A stretch of DNA of 63,241 nt, counting the filler, from Phoronis australis (Eukaryota > Animalia > Phoronida), in assembly GCA_002633005.1 (NCBI GenBank). It is 10 parts of 10 records of this genome, joined end to end, with 100 filler letters (N's around TTAATTAATTAA, not from the genome) between each part and the next. Parts side by side here need not be neighbours in the genome. Positions count along the whole stretch, not along the records: positions 49,573 to 53,793 come from NMRA01002661.1; positions 53,894 to 56,076 come from NMRA01003806.1; positions 56,177 to 58,523 come from NMRA01001473.1; positions 58,624 to 61,995 come from NMRA01003059.1; positions 62,096 to 63,241 come from NMRA01000499.1; 5 more parts are not named here. One strand, 5' to 3'. The notes beneath the pieces were generated by a model. It was not told where the DNA came from. It worked only from the letters and a program-made list of their open reading frames with translations, and did no database searches. The translations under genes were made by a program, and so were the position numbers. How positions within the stretch are numbered: the first letter of the stretch is position 1; each line of letters starts with the position of its first letter. Positions 52,685 to 63,241 of the stretch are shown in pieces.

Positions 52685-55577
52685 TATTATTATTATTAAG
52701 ATCCTAGATAACTTTACCGCAATACTATTGCTGTAACACAAATTTGGGTAGAAAATGCTAAAGGTAGAAAATGCTAAAACAACTCCATGAAACATAATGT
52801 CCTCAAGAGACAATTTTGCACATTTACTTCTTCACAGGCTGTTTTAGGCATTAATTTTCAAATGGCAAATTATGCAGTACTGCAGTGTATTAGGGACATA
52901 GCAGACACCATATGTAATGGAGTAATGCTTTCTTGTATTACCTTATTATCCGTCAGCTTGACCACGAACTTCGCGTCAACGGGTAGAATTCTACTGACTT
53001 GGTGATAGATATTGACACCTGTGTTACGGCTGCACAAGTAGAGCAGGCGAGGGTGGGCAAACAAGTGGTCGTCTGCTTCAGTGGTCAGACGAAAGACAAC
53101 GGGTACTGACAAGACTCTAAGAAAGAGTGGAGAAATGGTATGAGGCACAGCAAGTAGAGATTATATCTTCAAAACAAGGAAGAAAAGAAAAATATTAGGA
53201 AACGAAAACCAATACTAATATCTTCAAAAACCTGATGATGAAATAAGGTTTTGAAGCATCATATGACCCACTTTTACTTTAAGTTTATGTAGAACCCTAT
53301 AAAAATGGCCAAATTTGGCAAACATTGGAACATCATATCCATAAAATAACTGATTGGAGTCACATACAATGCTTTATACACCACTCTCACACACTGTTAG
53401 GAATTGTCTTAACAATATTCCACTTTTGGGTCAGGGGCTATCAAAAATAGTACTTTTATGATTTTCATGAAAAATCTTGAAAGTTGATAAAACGAAAATG
53501 AACTAATATTTTAAAAAAACTGACAGCGTTTTGATATCTCATCTTGCACATTTATATCAAATAAAATTTCATCGTGTGATTGACATCGTTCTTTTGCAGT
53601 CAATGTACCTTGTTTTTGCTACTTTTCACTAAAAAGACATGGACACGTGACCCAATTAATAACAGTTTGATAAAACGTCAAAAATCAAATTCCGCATCCT
53701 TTATACTTTCAGAGAATATATGCCTTCACTAAGTAGAGTTAAAATCTATACTTTCACAAAACATATGCCTTCACTAAATAGAGTTAAAATCTANNNNNNN
53801 NNNNNNNNNNNNNNNNNNNNNNNNNNNNNNNNNNNNNTTAATTAATTAANNNNNNNNNNNNNNNNNNNNNNNNNNNNNNNNNNNNNNNNNNNNCTTACAG
53901 TCAGTTGCTTGAAGTCGCTTGACGTCAGTGATCACATTTTGCATGTAATGTCTTGCCATACCAAATAAGGAAACGTGCTCTGCCTTGTGGGAGAAATGTC
54001 ATGAAGTGGTGAGCAGTTAACATCATTTTTTGAAATTTGAAACTGAAAGGATAAAAATTGTTATGAATAAACCTTTAAAATACCTGGTGATCAGGTTGAA
54101 TTCTGTTTCAGTGGCAGAGAACCAGTGTCAGTATTGCAATTTAGCCTGTTTATGGCATTCCAGGCCTTAAAATGTGGGACTCCTGAAAGTAGTTATTACC
54201 CAAACGAGTGTGGTCTCCATTGTTTACTGGTTAGTTTGGGTTTGGGAAGAACTGACAGTTGATTGTCGGTTGGAAGCAGGCTCAGTAAGTTGGCTTGTGA
54301 CATGGGGTCTTTTTGTGCTCCGAGTGAGGCATCCAGGCTTCATAAGGTACTGTCAGCTCCTCCCAAGCCAAGAAATCACTCCCCATCCAAGTATGATAAG
54401 GAACAAGTTGATACCAATTTGAATACTGTAGGTGACATAAATCAAAAGTTTTTTTATGATTAGACAGGCTCATAGCAGAGGTACAGACAAAATTACGTGT
54501 AATTACCTGATGGCTTGGCAGAAGCCGGATTCACCATCGGAGTAGTCTCCCCTGATGACTGAGAATGAAGGGGAATTAACAGGAATGTTAGTAATGTGGC
54601 TAGCCATTTTGTAATTAGAATTTTGACACTTTATTACCAGTCGTTATCTGTAACGAGAATTAGCCCTCATGAGGGGAAAGCATTATTTTTTCTGATTACT
54701 TTAGTCCGTCTTGCGTTTTAAAAAGCTCAGTCTGCTTTGGATGATGGGTATCTCACAGTCCATTGTAATGCCATATTTCTTGTTATGTGCAAATAGGTCA
54801 ATTCACAGTGAACCTGACTCCAAATTTGCCTTGGGTGGATCTAAGACCCCAGGCTAAATGTCTGCAGTGCCACCTTCAGGGATTTTTGCATTGTGTGGGA
54901 GATTGATTCACTCCGGCCATGAGCTAACCCAAGCAATAAAATAACATTCCAGTTAGCAGTGTTTAAAGTACTTTTTTGTTAAAAAATGATTACTTTTGTT
55001 ATTGTATTTCATTGTATTTGGTGACATTTTTGTCATGTTTTTACTGTTATGTAGTAGATGAGATTTCTGTTTTTGTTGTTCAGTTTGAGATGTTTTGATG
55101 GATGTACATGGTATTCAGCTCAATAGTTATGAAAAATGGATGTTACACAAAACTTGGTTTTAAAATATACATTTATGGAAAGAGCAATAGTTGTTTCAGT
55201 TAAGAGTTGCATTTTTGTTTAACTGTATATACAGTCATGTACTTTTGAGGAATTAGATATTATCACGAAAGCCAATATTCTAAATGCATGGTTCAAATTT
55301 CCTCAGAATATTACTAGGACTAGTGGACATATGGTGGAAATTGTGGACCCAAAGTACATCAGCGGATACCAAAATTTTTGAAACGTTCCTTATTAAGGGA
55401 CCCCCTGAGTGTAAAAGTGTATTTTTTCAAAGAAAATCGGACCTTCATTGGGTAGTAGTTACATGGCATTCTTGAAAATTGCGAAGAGAAGTTCTTGTCG
55501 TTAGGTGTCTCCGCTGACGCAGTTTCCTACCCCATATTGGAACGATTTCATGAAACACAACAAGCTGGTTCAGTTAA

Positions 55578-56076
55578 ACAGTACACACCATGGATTTTTG
55601 CACATTTTGAGTTACCGGTGGCCACAGACTAAATGTATGACGTAAAATTTAGCTAAACCCATGTTTATTTCATGTAATTAGCTCGAAATTTTGATTTTTC
55701 TTTCAATTTTGCCAATTTTCACATTTGCCGCCATGTGACGTCATGGGTTGAAAACAAGAGATCAGTGACTAGCATTGAACAATGGCGGAGAGCAGGGAAT
55801 TTGAAAGCGACGACGATTATGAGCATACTATGAAGAAACGTACGGGAATGGTGGCCAGGATGAGGAAATGGGGTTGCACGAAAGCGAGAACAAGTTTAAT
55901 GTGCTTCCGGCTGCGTACTTTACTACTTTGAGCCTTACGAACTGGATCCTCCCGCGAGAGAAGCGGCCTCGGGCTCAGCGAGTCAACCCTGTCATCACAG
56001 ACGATCCTGAATTAAGAGCTGATGCTTCTGAATGATAAATAATGTCCTTTATTGAACCAGGCCTTTATCGTAACGT
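55578..56076 (+). mobile_element. Left end of the Kolobok-like family (copy of 43294-43805), truncated by the contig end
   Basis: TTAA|ACAGTACACACCATGG and high identity to 43294-43805. Confidence 0.8.
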
Positions 56077-57291
56077 NNNNNNNNNNNNNNNNNNNNNNNN
56101 NNNNNNNNNNNNNNNNNNNNTTAATTAATTAANNNNNNNNNNNNNNNNNNNNNNNNNNNNNNNNNNNNNNNNNNNNAGCGCCATCTATCATTTTGAAGCA
56201 CGCATGCCAGTTGATTTACGTACACATTTTTGTAATAAGTATTAATCATCAATGCCGTTTTCATAGAATGGTAATTAATAATGCCGTCTGCCTTTTCTCC
56301 AAAATATGTCGTGTTTCGCAAGCTAATTATATCTTCCAAGAGCCCCCTATTGGCAGCAGAGGCAACTGAGAACATGCAAAAGGACGAAGTGCAGTTCGTA
56401 TAATGCTTCGTACGCAAAAACTAGATTAGAGGCAAGATTTTTTATTTTAGATTATGAACAGGTTAGGAATGACTTAACAAATTATTATAAAGTCAATTTC
56501 AGGAACGGTGCGTTATGGCTGCTACAGAGTGCCAAATGTGGCCGAAAATGGCTTCAGTGAAAACCTGAAAAATAGCCGTTGTTGCCTCACAAATTCAAAA
56601 CGCATAAATTTAAAAATGGATTTTGAAAGTTATGCCATTAAATTATTCAGCCATTGCCCTTTCAATTCGTATTATTCATTTGTTTTGACCCTATCATACA
56701 TGCTAGTAAAATGCATTTAAACATGCCTACTTCGACGCCCAATTTTGTTGCAAAATGGAGGTACAGGTCATAAAAAGAAAAATAATGAATGAAAATTCTT
56801 AAACAGTGAGGTTTTTCTACTTCTCAAAAAACCAAACTCATGTGCTAAGTTTCAAAAAAATCGGTGATTTTGGGTATAGACTCTACCTGTTGGTTTTTAT
56901 ATGGAGTCACTCTTAAACCCTATTTACACTTTAACTAGATCACTTATTTGTCTTATGAAGAAAATAATAGTTGGTGAACTTAGTCAAAATCTAGGAACAA
57001 CATCAAAAACTTGTTCTAATCAAGAGTGACTAATACTTTGGGAAAGTTGATGACCAGCAACAGAGAAAAGATCAACTAACTTACCATAACCACATTTCCA
57101 TGATGTATCAAGGAAGTGCTTTGACTGCACTAAAAATGCTTTCATCTGTCGTGGAAATACTAATCGACTGATGAGCAGATGACATTATGGTTGGTGAGAC
57201 CCCCAAATCTGGGTTTTATTACCAAGCAGAAATTTTTACTGCAGTTAACCCAAACTATACTACAACTCAGATTTTTACTAACTTAACTTAC

Positions 57292-57341
57292 CTGTGCCAA
57301 CAATCGTGTTTGCCTCTTTAGAGAACCAATACGGAAGCTCC
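57292..57341 (-). CDS. CD36/SCARB (class B scavenger receptor) family, internal 50-bp exon
   Basis: ttgcag|G ELPYWFSKEANTIVGT G|gtaagt (phase 2-1). Joined to the repeat-encoded MLLGVVDKYNG(S/T)R, it parallels CD36 VAIIDTYKGKR|NLSYWESHCDMINGT|D. Confidence 0.78.
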
Positions 57342-58337
57342 CTGCAAAGCAAGAGTTCAATAAGTGCAAAATTAGAAGTTGACTACCATAACGAGACCGC
57401 ATGTCTCCTCCTAACATTAATGGTAAACTGAGCATCATGGAAGCGAAATATACATTGAAATAAGCCTTGACAGCAGGCAGAACGGCAATACAAGCAGATC
57501 CAAAGTGTGGTAACACATAGTGTTGAACATTCCCACTTGATGGAAACCCGTTTGCCAAATTTCATGAAAATCCATCAAAAACCAGTGAAAATACAGAGGA
57601 AAGTATAAAATAAAAATTGCCACTAGGAGGCTCAGAGCCATCAGATCAGTCCATCAACCGTCTTGTCATCTACTGGCTGCAGCTTCTTTAAATTAAGAGA
57701 AATATCTGTAAAATCCCTTTATAAGATCCTACAAAGGGTTTAGGAGATGGAGCAGGGGACGCTGGATACTCAGAGATTATGTATTATGTGGGCACATAAA
57801 AATGACAACAAGGTGGTGCAGAAAAAATAAAAATCCAATCAAAAACCAGAGGGTACCAATGTCTCCTCAAATGAAAATTATTTGACAAACTTATTAAAAT
57901 CCATCGAACAATTTGAAGACAGAGTCTAATTTCTATGAAAATCAACCGTTTTTCTCCATTTAAAGTGTTTTGGTGATAGTATTTCATAAAAAAACATATT
58001 CTCTTCACGACATTTGTTGAAAGTTGTTTGGAAATAGTATATTTAAATATCAACTATCGTCCGATGCTACTATTTACGTCAAGTAACATCTGTAGGATTA
58101 CACTGAGCTTATCAGATGAACACAGACAATGAGATCACTGGACTATGTGAACATTAGTTTGTAACTTTCTCTCCTTGCTATATAACAATCAAACTGATAA
58201 CAGCTGCATACCAAGTTCCTGATCAGCGAAATTGGGAAATTCACCCCAATGCAGGAGCGTACCGTGGTACTGTCCGAGGAAATCACATTGTGTCATCAAT
58301 GGTTGCAACTAACTTAAAGTTAAAAAACTGACAGAGA

Positions 58338-58523
58338 TTTGGTACGTTACCTGGTCCCATTGTATTTATCTACAACTCCCAACAACATGGTGTTTGGTAC
58401 GTTACCTGGACCCATTGTATTTATCTACAACTCCCAACAACATGGTGTTTGGTACGTTACCTGGACCCATTGTATTTATCTACAACTCCCAACAACATGG
58501 TGTTTGGTACGTTACCTGGACCC
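58338..58523 (-). repeat. 55-bp minisatellite (3.4 copies, truncated) made of the CD36-like exon end plus its splice donor
   Basis: Minus-strand unit CACCATGTTGTTGGGAGTTGTAGATAAATACAATGGG(T/A)CCAG|GTAACGTACCAAA. Units start at 58338, 58393, 58448 and 58503. Confidence 0.9.
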
Positions 58524-59829
58524 NNNNNNNNNNNNNNNNNNNNNNNNNNNNNNNNNNNNNNNNNNNNTTAATTAATTAANNNNNNNNNNNNNNNNNNNNN
58601 NNNNNNNNNNNNNNNNNNNNNNNGTGGCATTTTGGAAACGAACATTTGACTGACAAGACCGCAATGGCTCACCTTGGCCTATTTAAAGATTGAGGTCATA
58701 GACCCTATTCACGCCGACAGGAGGCGCGTTCCAAAACGAGGCTCGCTACGATAGGTCTGGTGGCTTATCCGCGTAGTTGTACTCCGCGTTGCTCGAACAG
58801 CTAGAAAAAATACGGACACTCTGTTTTACAATCCCTAAGGACGTTGGGTTTCGAAAACTTTGGGTCCTTGCCATACGCCGCGACGAAGGAAAATATGTCC
58901 GTGTAAAATTTATAACTGTTTTCGAATCATAATTTGTCGCATCTCGGACTCAGTGGATGCCCGGCGCCACTATATAGCAACGAGGACCGGATCTTCGGCC
59001 AGCAGGCTGTGTTTTCATGACTATGGGTTGAAGCGCGATGCATTTTTCTATACAAAAAGGACAGGGCCCTCAATCCCTCAATTTTGGGACCAAATATCGG
59101 CCCCATTCCCCTCAGTTCAAAAATATTGAAAAATCACGCGAAATTCCCTGCCATGAGGCCTAAAAATCCCCTTTGTGATTGAAAATTTCTCTCCAACGCT
59201 TGGCAAATCACCTGTGACCACAGAGGTGACAATTTGAAAAAATACAAAATCATAGGCGGATTTAGGGAGGGGCATGGGTCCATCCCCCACTTGACTGCCT
59301 GTCGCAAGCAAAATAAACCAGCAAAAAGTGAATTAAGCGGGAGGAAATTAGTACTGAGTTCGAGCTAGGACCGGTAGAGGACGAGGGGGGAAACACGTTC
59401 CGTTTTATTTTTTTAGTCCAACTACAGATTTCCTGAGCAGAAGGTATACATCCTCGGCGCCCGCAACTTCTGAGGGGGGGAAACACGTTCCGTTTTTTTA
59501 GTCCAACGACAGATTTTCTGAGCAGAAGGTATATATCCTCGGCGCCCGCAACTTCCGGGCCGCCTGCCTTGCGTGTATACAATCGCGCTTTGCCCGGCGC
59601 TTCCGAGGTTGGACTCCAAAGACCGGCCATTTAACTCACGCAATGTAAATTTCCGCTTTGTTTATCGCAGTGAGTCTCGCTTTAGCTTTTAATATCCGCC
59701 GCGTGAATTGGGTAAGTGAAATACATCTGTTGCATAAAAAACGAACTTTAACCGAGGCAGGTTATTTCTTAAGATCGACGATCTTTCTTTTTCGGCAACC
59801 TCATTTGAAGCAAAACTATTACATTTTAG

Positions 59830-60037
59830 TCCATGTCAATCTACAAGAGGAACACTTATACCTGGCTGCGGGTCACGTGGAGTGGCGTCCTTGGCATGTA
59901 TGGTTCTGCAGGTGCCGGCGTCCGCTGTAATCGTTGGTACTTTACCTTCAACGGCCAGGAGTGCACAAATCGCGGCCCAATTGACACTATAGTGTACCAG
60001 AATCCGAAGACGGTAACTGTCCAACGTGGTAATCAAT
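59830..60037 (+). CDS. CTHRC1-like protein, C-terminal domain, penultimate exon
   Basis: ttttag|SMSIYKRNTYTWLRVTWSGVL...[24 protein letters not shown]...|gtaagt; compare CTHRC1 [35 protein letters not shown]. Confidence 0.88.
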
Positions 60038-60394
60038 GTAAGTATTTCTATTCCAAAAATCTTTTTGTGCATGTGTTCTACTTTAGTATTGATTTCAAAA
60101 AACATTTACGTGAGATTGACCTAGGCATTGAGGTAACTTGTACCTAAATTTGTTATTGTTCATAATAACCTTACTGATGATTTAACAATTGACTTGGAGA
60201 GTGTCCTCAAAATGAGATTTCACGTTTTGAGTTTCATCCCAAGTTCAATGATTGCTAATGTACGATACTACCTATACGGTTTTGGTTTAAGCCATTGCCT
60301 CTACACAATGATTCTTGATGACACATTAGGCCTACAAATTTGACGCGATAAAGGCTCTGTGTTTTATACTTGTTGTCGCCACTACGATCAGTAC

Positions 60395-60630
60395 CGTCAC
60401 CACCACCACCTCCACCCGCACAACCACCAGCACCACAACCACCACCATTTCTAACCGTAACACTTCCACTTTTGCTGCCACCACCCCTTAATCAAACTCG
60501 CCATCATCATCACCACCACCAATATCACCAGTATTATTGTAACGATCACCAGCCCCATCACCACTTCCACGACCAAAATGACCGACATAGTTATGACCAT
60601 CACCACCACCCCTCCACCGTCTACACTACC
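60395..60630. repeat. CAC/CAT-rich low-complexity tract in an intron
   Basis: Degenerate (CAC)n. Confidence 0.7.
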
Positions 60631-60730
60631 CCCATGGAATACAACAAAACCCAGCCCTTACTTAAGGCAAAATTCCCTTACTTAAGGCAGAACTGTAGAA
60701 TAAATTAGTGCATTGTAATCTCTTTTACAG

Positions 60731-60870
60731 TTTCTGGATTATGCTACATCAGTGGGTCTGGCTACATACAGGTCAAGCTGCGCGTTGGGCCGTGCTACGG
60801 GCTCCTGATAGGCAATGCGCAAACATGCTACAACAGCGGATGTTCGGTTCTCATCGAGGAGCTTCCGTAG
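60731..60870 (+). CDS. CTHRC1-like protein, last exon
   Basis: ttacag|(F)SGLCYISGSGYIQVKLRVGPCYGLLIGNAQTCYNSGCSVLIEELP*; compare CTHRC1 EGLC..VAIWVGTC..GDASTGWNSVSRIIIEELP. Phase 1 matches the previous exon. Confidence 0.88.
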
Positions 60871-62095
60871 AACCAGGAAACAAAGTTACTTTTCAACTTT
60901 ACCATGTTAACAAGAATTTTCATTTCATGAAAATAGATCTTGAACCATCATGTCTTGGTTTAACCCAGAACCAATCCATTATTATCTGATAGCTAATTGC
61001 AGTATGGCGCCACCATTAGGCTTCGTGATGCTGAACTAAGCTTTACTCAACCGTTGCCGAGATCAAGTTTGTGCCACGTATCGCCACGCGTTACAAGAGA
61101 AAAACTTTACGCAGTAAAAATGCAAAATGATATTTTATCAACATTTGAATGGGGATATTGTTGATTAAGGTTTACACTTGTTTGTAAACAATTTAAATTG
61201 ACTCAAATACATAAATTAACAAAAGCTCTTATTGTCAAAGGAAATTGGGTTTTAGCTTCATGAAAAGGCATTTCATGATGATACGATTATGAGTAGCAAC
61301 TAAGTTGAACACAGGGAACTATTGCATACAGCACACAGACCGACATATAAAGAGGCACACAAGAAGACATAGAAATGGGCATACGACAGATGAATAGATA
61401 CTGATACTTCAATAGCAACCAAATACTTGTACACCATTATCAGTCCAGGTGAATGTTCTAACAATTGTGTAAGTGCGGAATACTCATTTCGCACCGCAAA
61501 GGTACAAGGAGCGCTAATGAACATACCTATGGTCAATATATTGCAAAAAAGAGCGACCCTATCAGTGTTGAAGTGCGTCAACGATTTCAACGCAAACCTT
61601 ATGTTTGTTAAAGGGTATCATGGATTGTATGAAATATAAAGGAGACTATGACGCGCAATATCAGACAAATTCGCCTGAAGGAAGGCAAGTGAATCTTACA
61701 GTTTACGATCATGCACCACGGAGTATGGCAGAAATAGATCCACAAGTAAAGAAAACCTAATTGCCAAAAGGGTAAGCCATAGTAATGCGGATTCGTCACA
61801 AAACTCTCTTCAGTTGACCTCCTTTTAATTGAAACTTTTGAAACAATTTTCATAAAAATCCATCAAAGAACACGGTAAAAATAGAGCCACGTGCACAGAA
61901 AACCTAAATTGTCACCACGGGAAGCCCCCGGGCCGATAATCGGACTCGTTACAAAATCATCGTGAGGTCTACACTTCTTAATTGGAACTCTTATANNNNN
62001 NNNNNNNNNNNNNNNNNNNNNNNNNNNNNNNNNNNNNNNTTAATTAATTAANNNNNNNNNNNNNNNNNNNNNNNNNNNNNNNNNNNNNNNNNNNN

Positions 62096-62252
62096 CACTC
62101 ACCTTCACACAATATTCACTCACCTTCACACAATATTCACTCACCTTCACACAATATTCACTCACCTTCACACAATATTCACTCACCTTCACACAATATT
62201 CACTCACCTTCACACAATATTCACTCACCTTCACACATTATTCACTCACCTT
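62096..62252 (-). repeat. 21-bp minisatellite starting exactly at the GPI exon donor
   Basis: Minus-strand unit GTGAGTGAATATTGTGTGAAG. AAG|GTGAGTG occurs 8 times at 21-bp spacing (GT starting at 62249 down to 62102). Confidence 0.93.
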
Positions 62253-62375
62253 ATGAGGGAGGATATGCTTCATTTGATCCTCAGACATTTTTCCAGACAA
62301 CTCCTTTCTGGCTTCCTCAATCGTCTTGCCAAGCATCAAGGCCTCCGACTGGGCCAGGAAGTTAGACAGTAGAAT
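62250..62375 (-). CDS. GPI: Glucose-6-phosphate isomerase, internal exon
   Basis: ttccag|[42 protein letters not shown]|gtgagt; compare human [26 protein letters not shown]...LLPHK. 126 bp, phase 0-0. It is absent from the ORF track. Confidence 0.95.
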
Positions 62376-62956
62376 CTGGAATTAAGTGTAGTGTATCTAG
62401 CACAAATGTTGTAACAATTTTCTCAGTCATTGCACAACACAGGTTTCTCCACGGCCTGTTACAAGAGGGCGCTGCATCATATTTTAACTTGAGATATGAA
62501 CTTTGCACCCTCTATAAATACTCCTGTCTACATTTCCGCCCTCTTTGGTTTGTTTTATCAGGAAATGTTTACCAGCACTTTTCAGACCACGTAATTTGGT
62601 TCAGACAATCAAATTTGTACAAAAGCTGCTTTTGGTGTCTGCAGATTTAATAGCTCCTCTCAAAGATTACACTTCTACCGAGTTAAAATCTGTACTTTTG
62701 TAGATATATGACTAAATGCAGACTTGTCAATGAGCATACATAACCATAATTAATTTTTTGATTGAATAATGGCTCCCTGGGAACTATCATTTAAGCTTTG
62801 ACATATAATAATTGATGAATTACACAAGGGAGAAAACTGCTATAGTAATGAAATAACAAGTGGGTGAATAGCACAGTTAAGCTCCACTACTCCCACACCC
62901 ATTTGGGGACTCCTTGCTTAGTTTCACTACCAACATATACACACAAACCAGAGTTG

Positions 62957-63241
62957 ATGGTGGTACACTATACCCACCTCATGGTGGTACACTATAACCA
63001 CCTCATGGTGGTACACTATACCCACCTCATGGTGGTACACTATGCCCACCTCATGGTGGTACACTATACCCACCTCATGGTGGTACACTATACCCACCTC
63101 ATGGTGGAACACTATACCCACCTCATGGTGGTACACTATACCCACCTCATGGTGGTACACTATACCCACCTCATGGTGGTACACTATACCACCTCATGGT
63201 GGTACACTATACCCACCTCATGGTGGTACACTATACCCACC
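62957..63241 (-). repeat. 24-bp minisatellite (about 12 copies, runs off the window), probably the end of the preceding GPI exon plus its donor
   Basis: Minus-strand unit CACCATGAG|GTGGGTATAGTGTAC. HHE matches the GPI residues (human LHHK) immediately before ILLxNFLAQ. Confidence 0.88.

Noticed and set aside
54507-54647. Possible first coding exon on the minus strand (MASHITNIP...)
   Set aside because: Splice signals are plausible, but there is no recognisable homology or partner exon.
58338-58523. CRISPR-like array
   Set aside because: The units are contiguous with no unique spacers, the context is eukaryotic and there are no cas genes.
60370-60708. Pro/His-rich ORF
   Set aside because: It is a low-complexity CAC tract inside the CTHRC1-like intron.
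3146-62375. Functional gene cluster EMC1-PARN-CD36-CTHRC1-GPI
   Set aside because: The genes sit on different contigs joined by artificial linkers.
62040-63184. Repeat-peptide ORFs (VSEYCVK)n and (YHHEVGIV)n as independent genes
   Set aside because: They lie in GPI introns and simply reflect the repeat units.

Overview
This is AT-rich, intron-containing animal DNA, probably from a marine invertebrate (the species cannot be determined from sequence alone). It is not one locus. Nine identical 100-bp spacers (44 N + TTAATTAATTAA six-frame stop linker + 44 N) join ten unrelated contigs or scaffolds, and there is one true 895-N gap. Recognisable gene pieces: EMC1 exon 1 (+), three PARN exons (-), a CD36/SCARB-family exon (-), the last two exons of a CTHRC1-like gene (+) and one GPI exon (-). 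There is also a nearly complete two-exon SMB-like/Cys-rich family-B 7TM receptor gene with an in-frame stop, and a decayed pair of convergent genes that includes a C2H2 zinc-finger pseudogene. The rest is mostly MITEs (Kolobok-like, PIF/Harbinger-like, TA-flanked), a LINE relic and satellites. The most striking observation is that three minisatellites in two genes (GPI twice, CD36-like once) are tandem copies of the exon-end/5' splice-site junction itself, and each carries an early in-frame stop.
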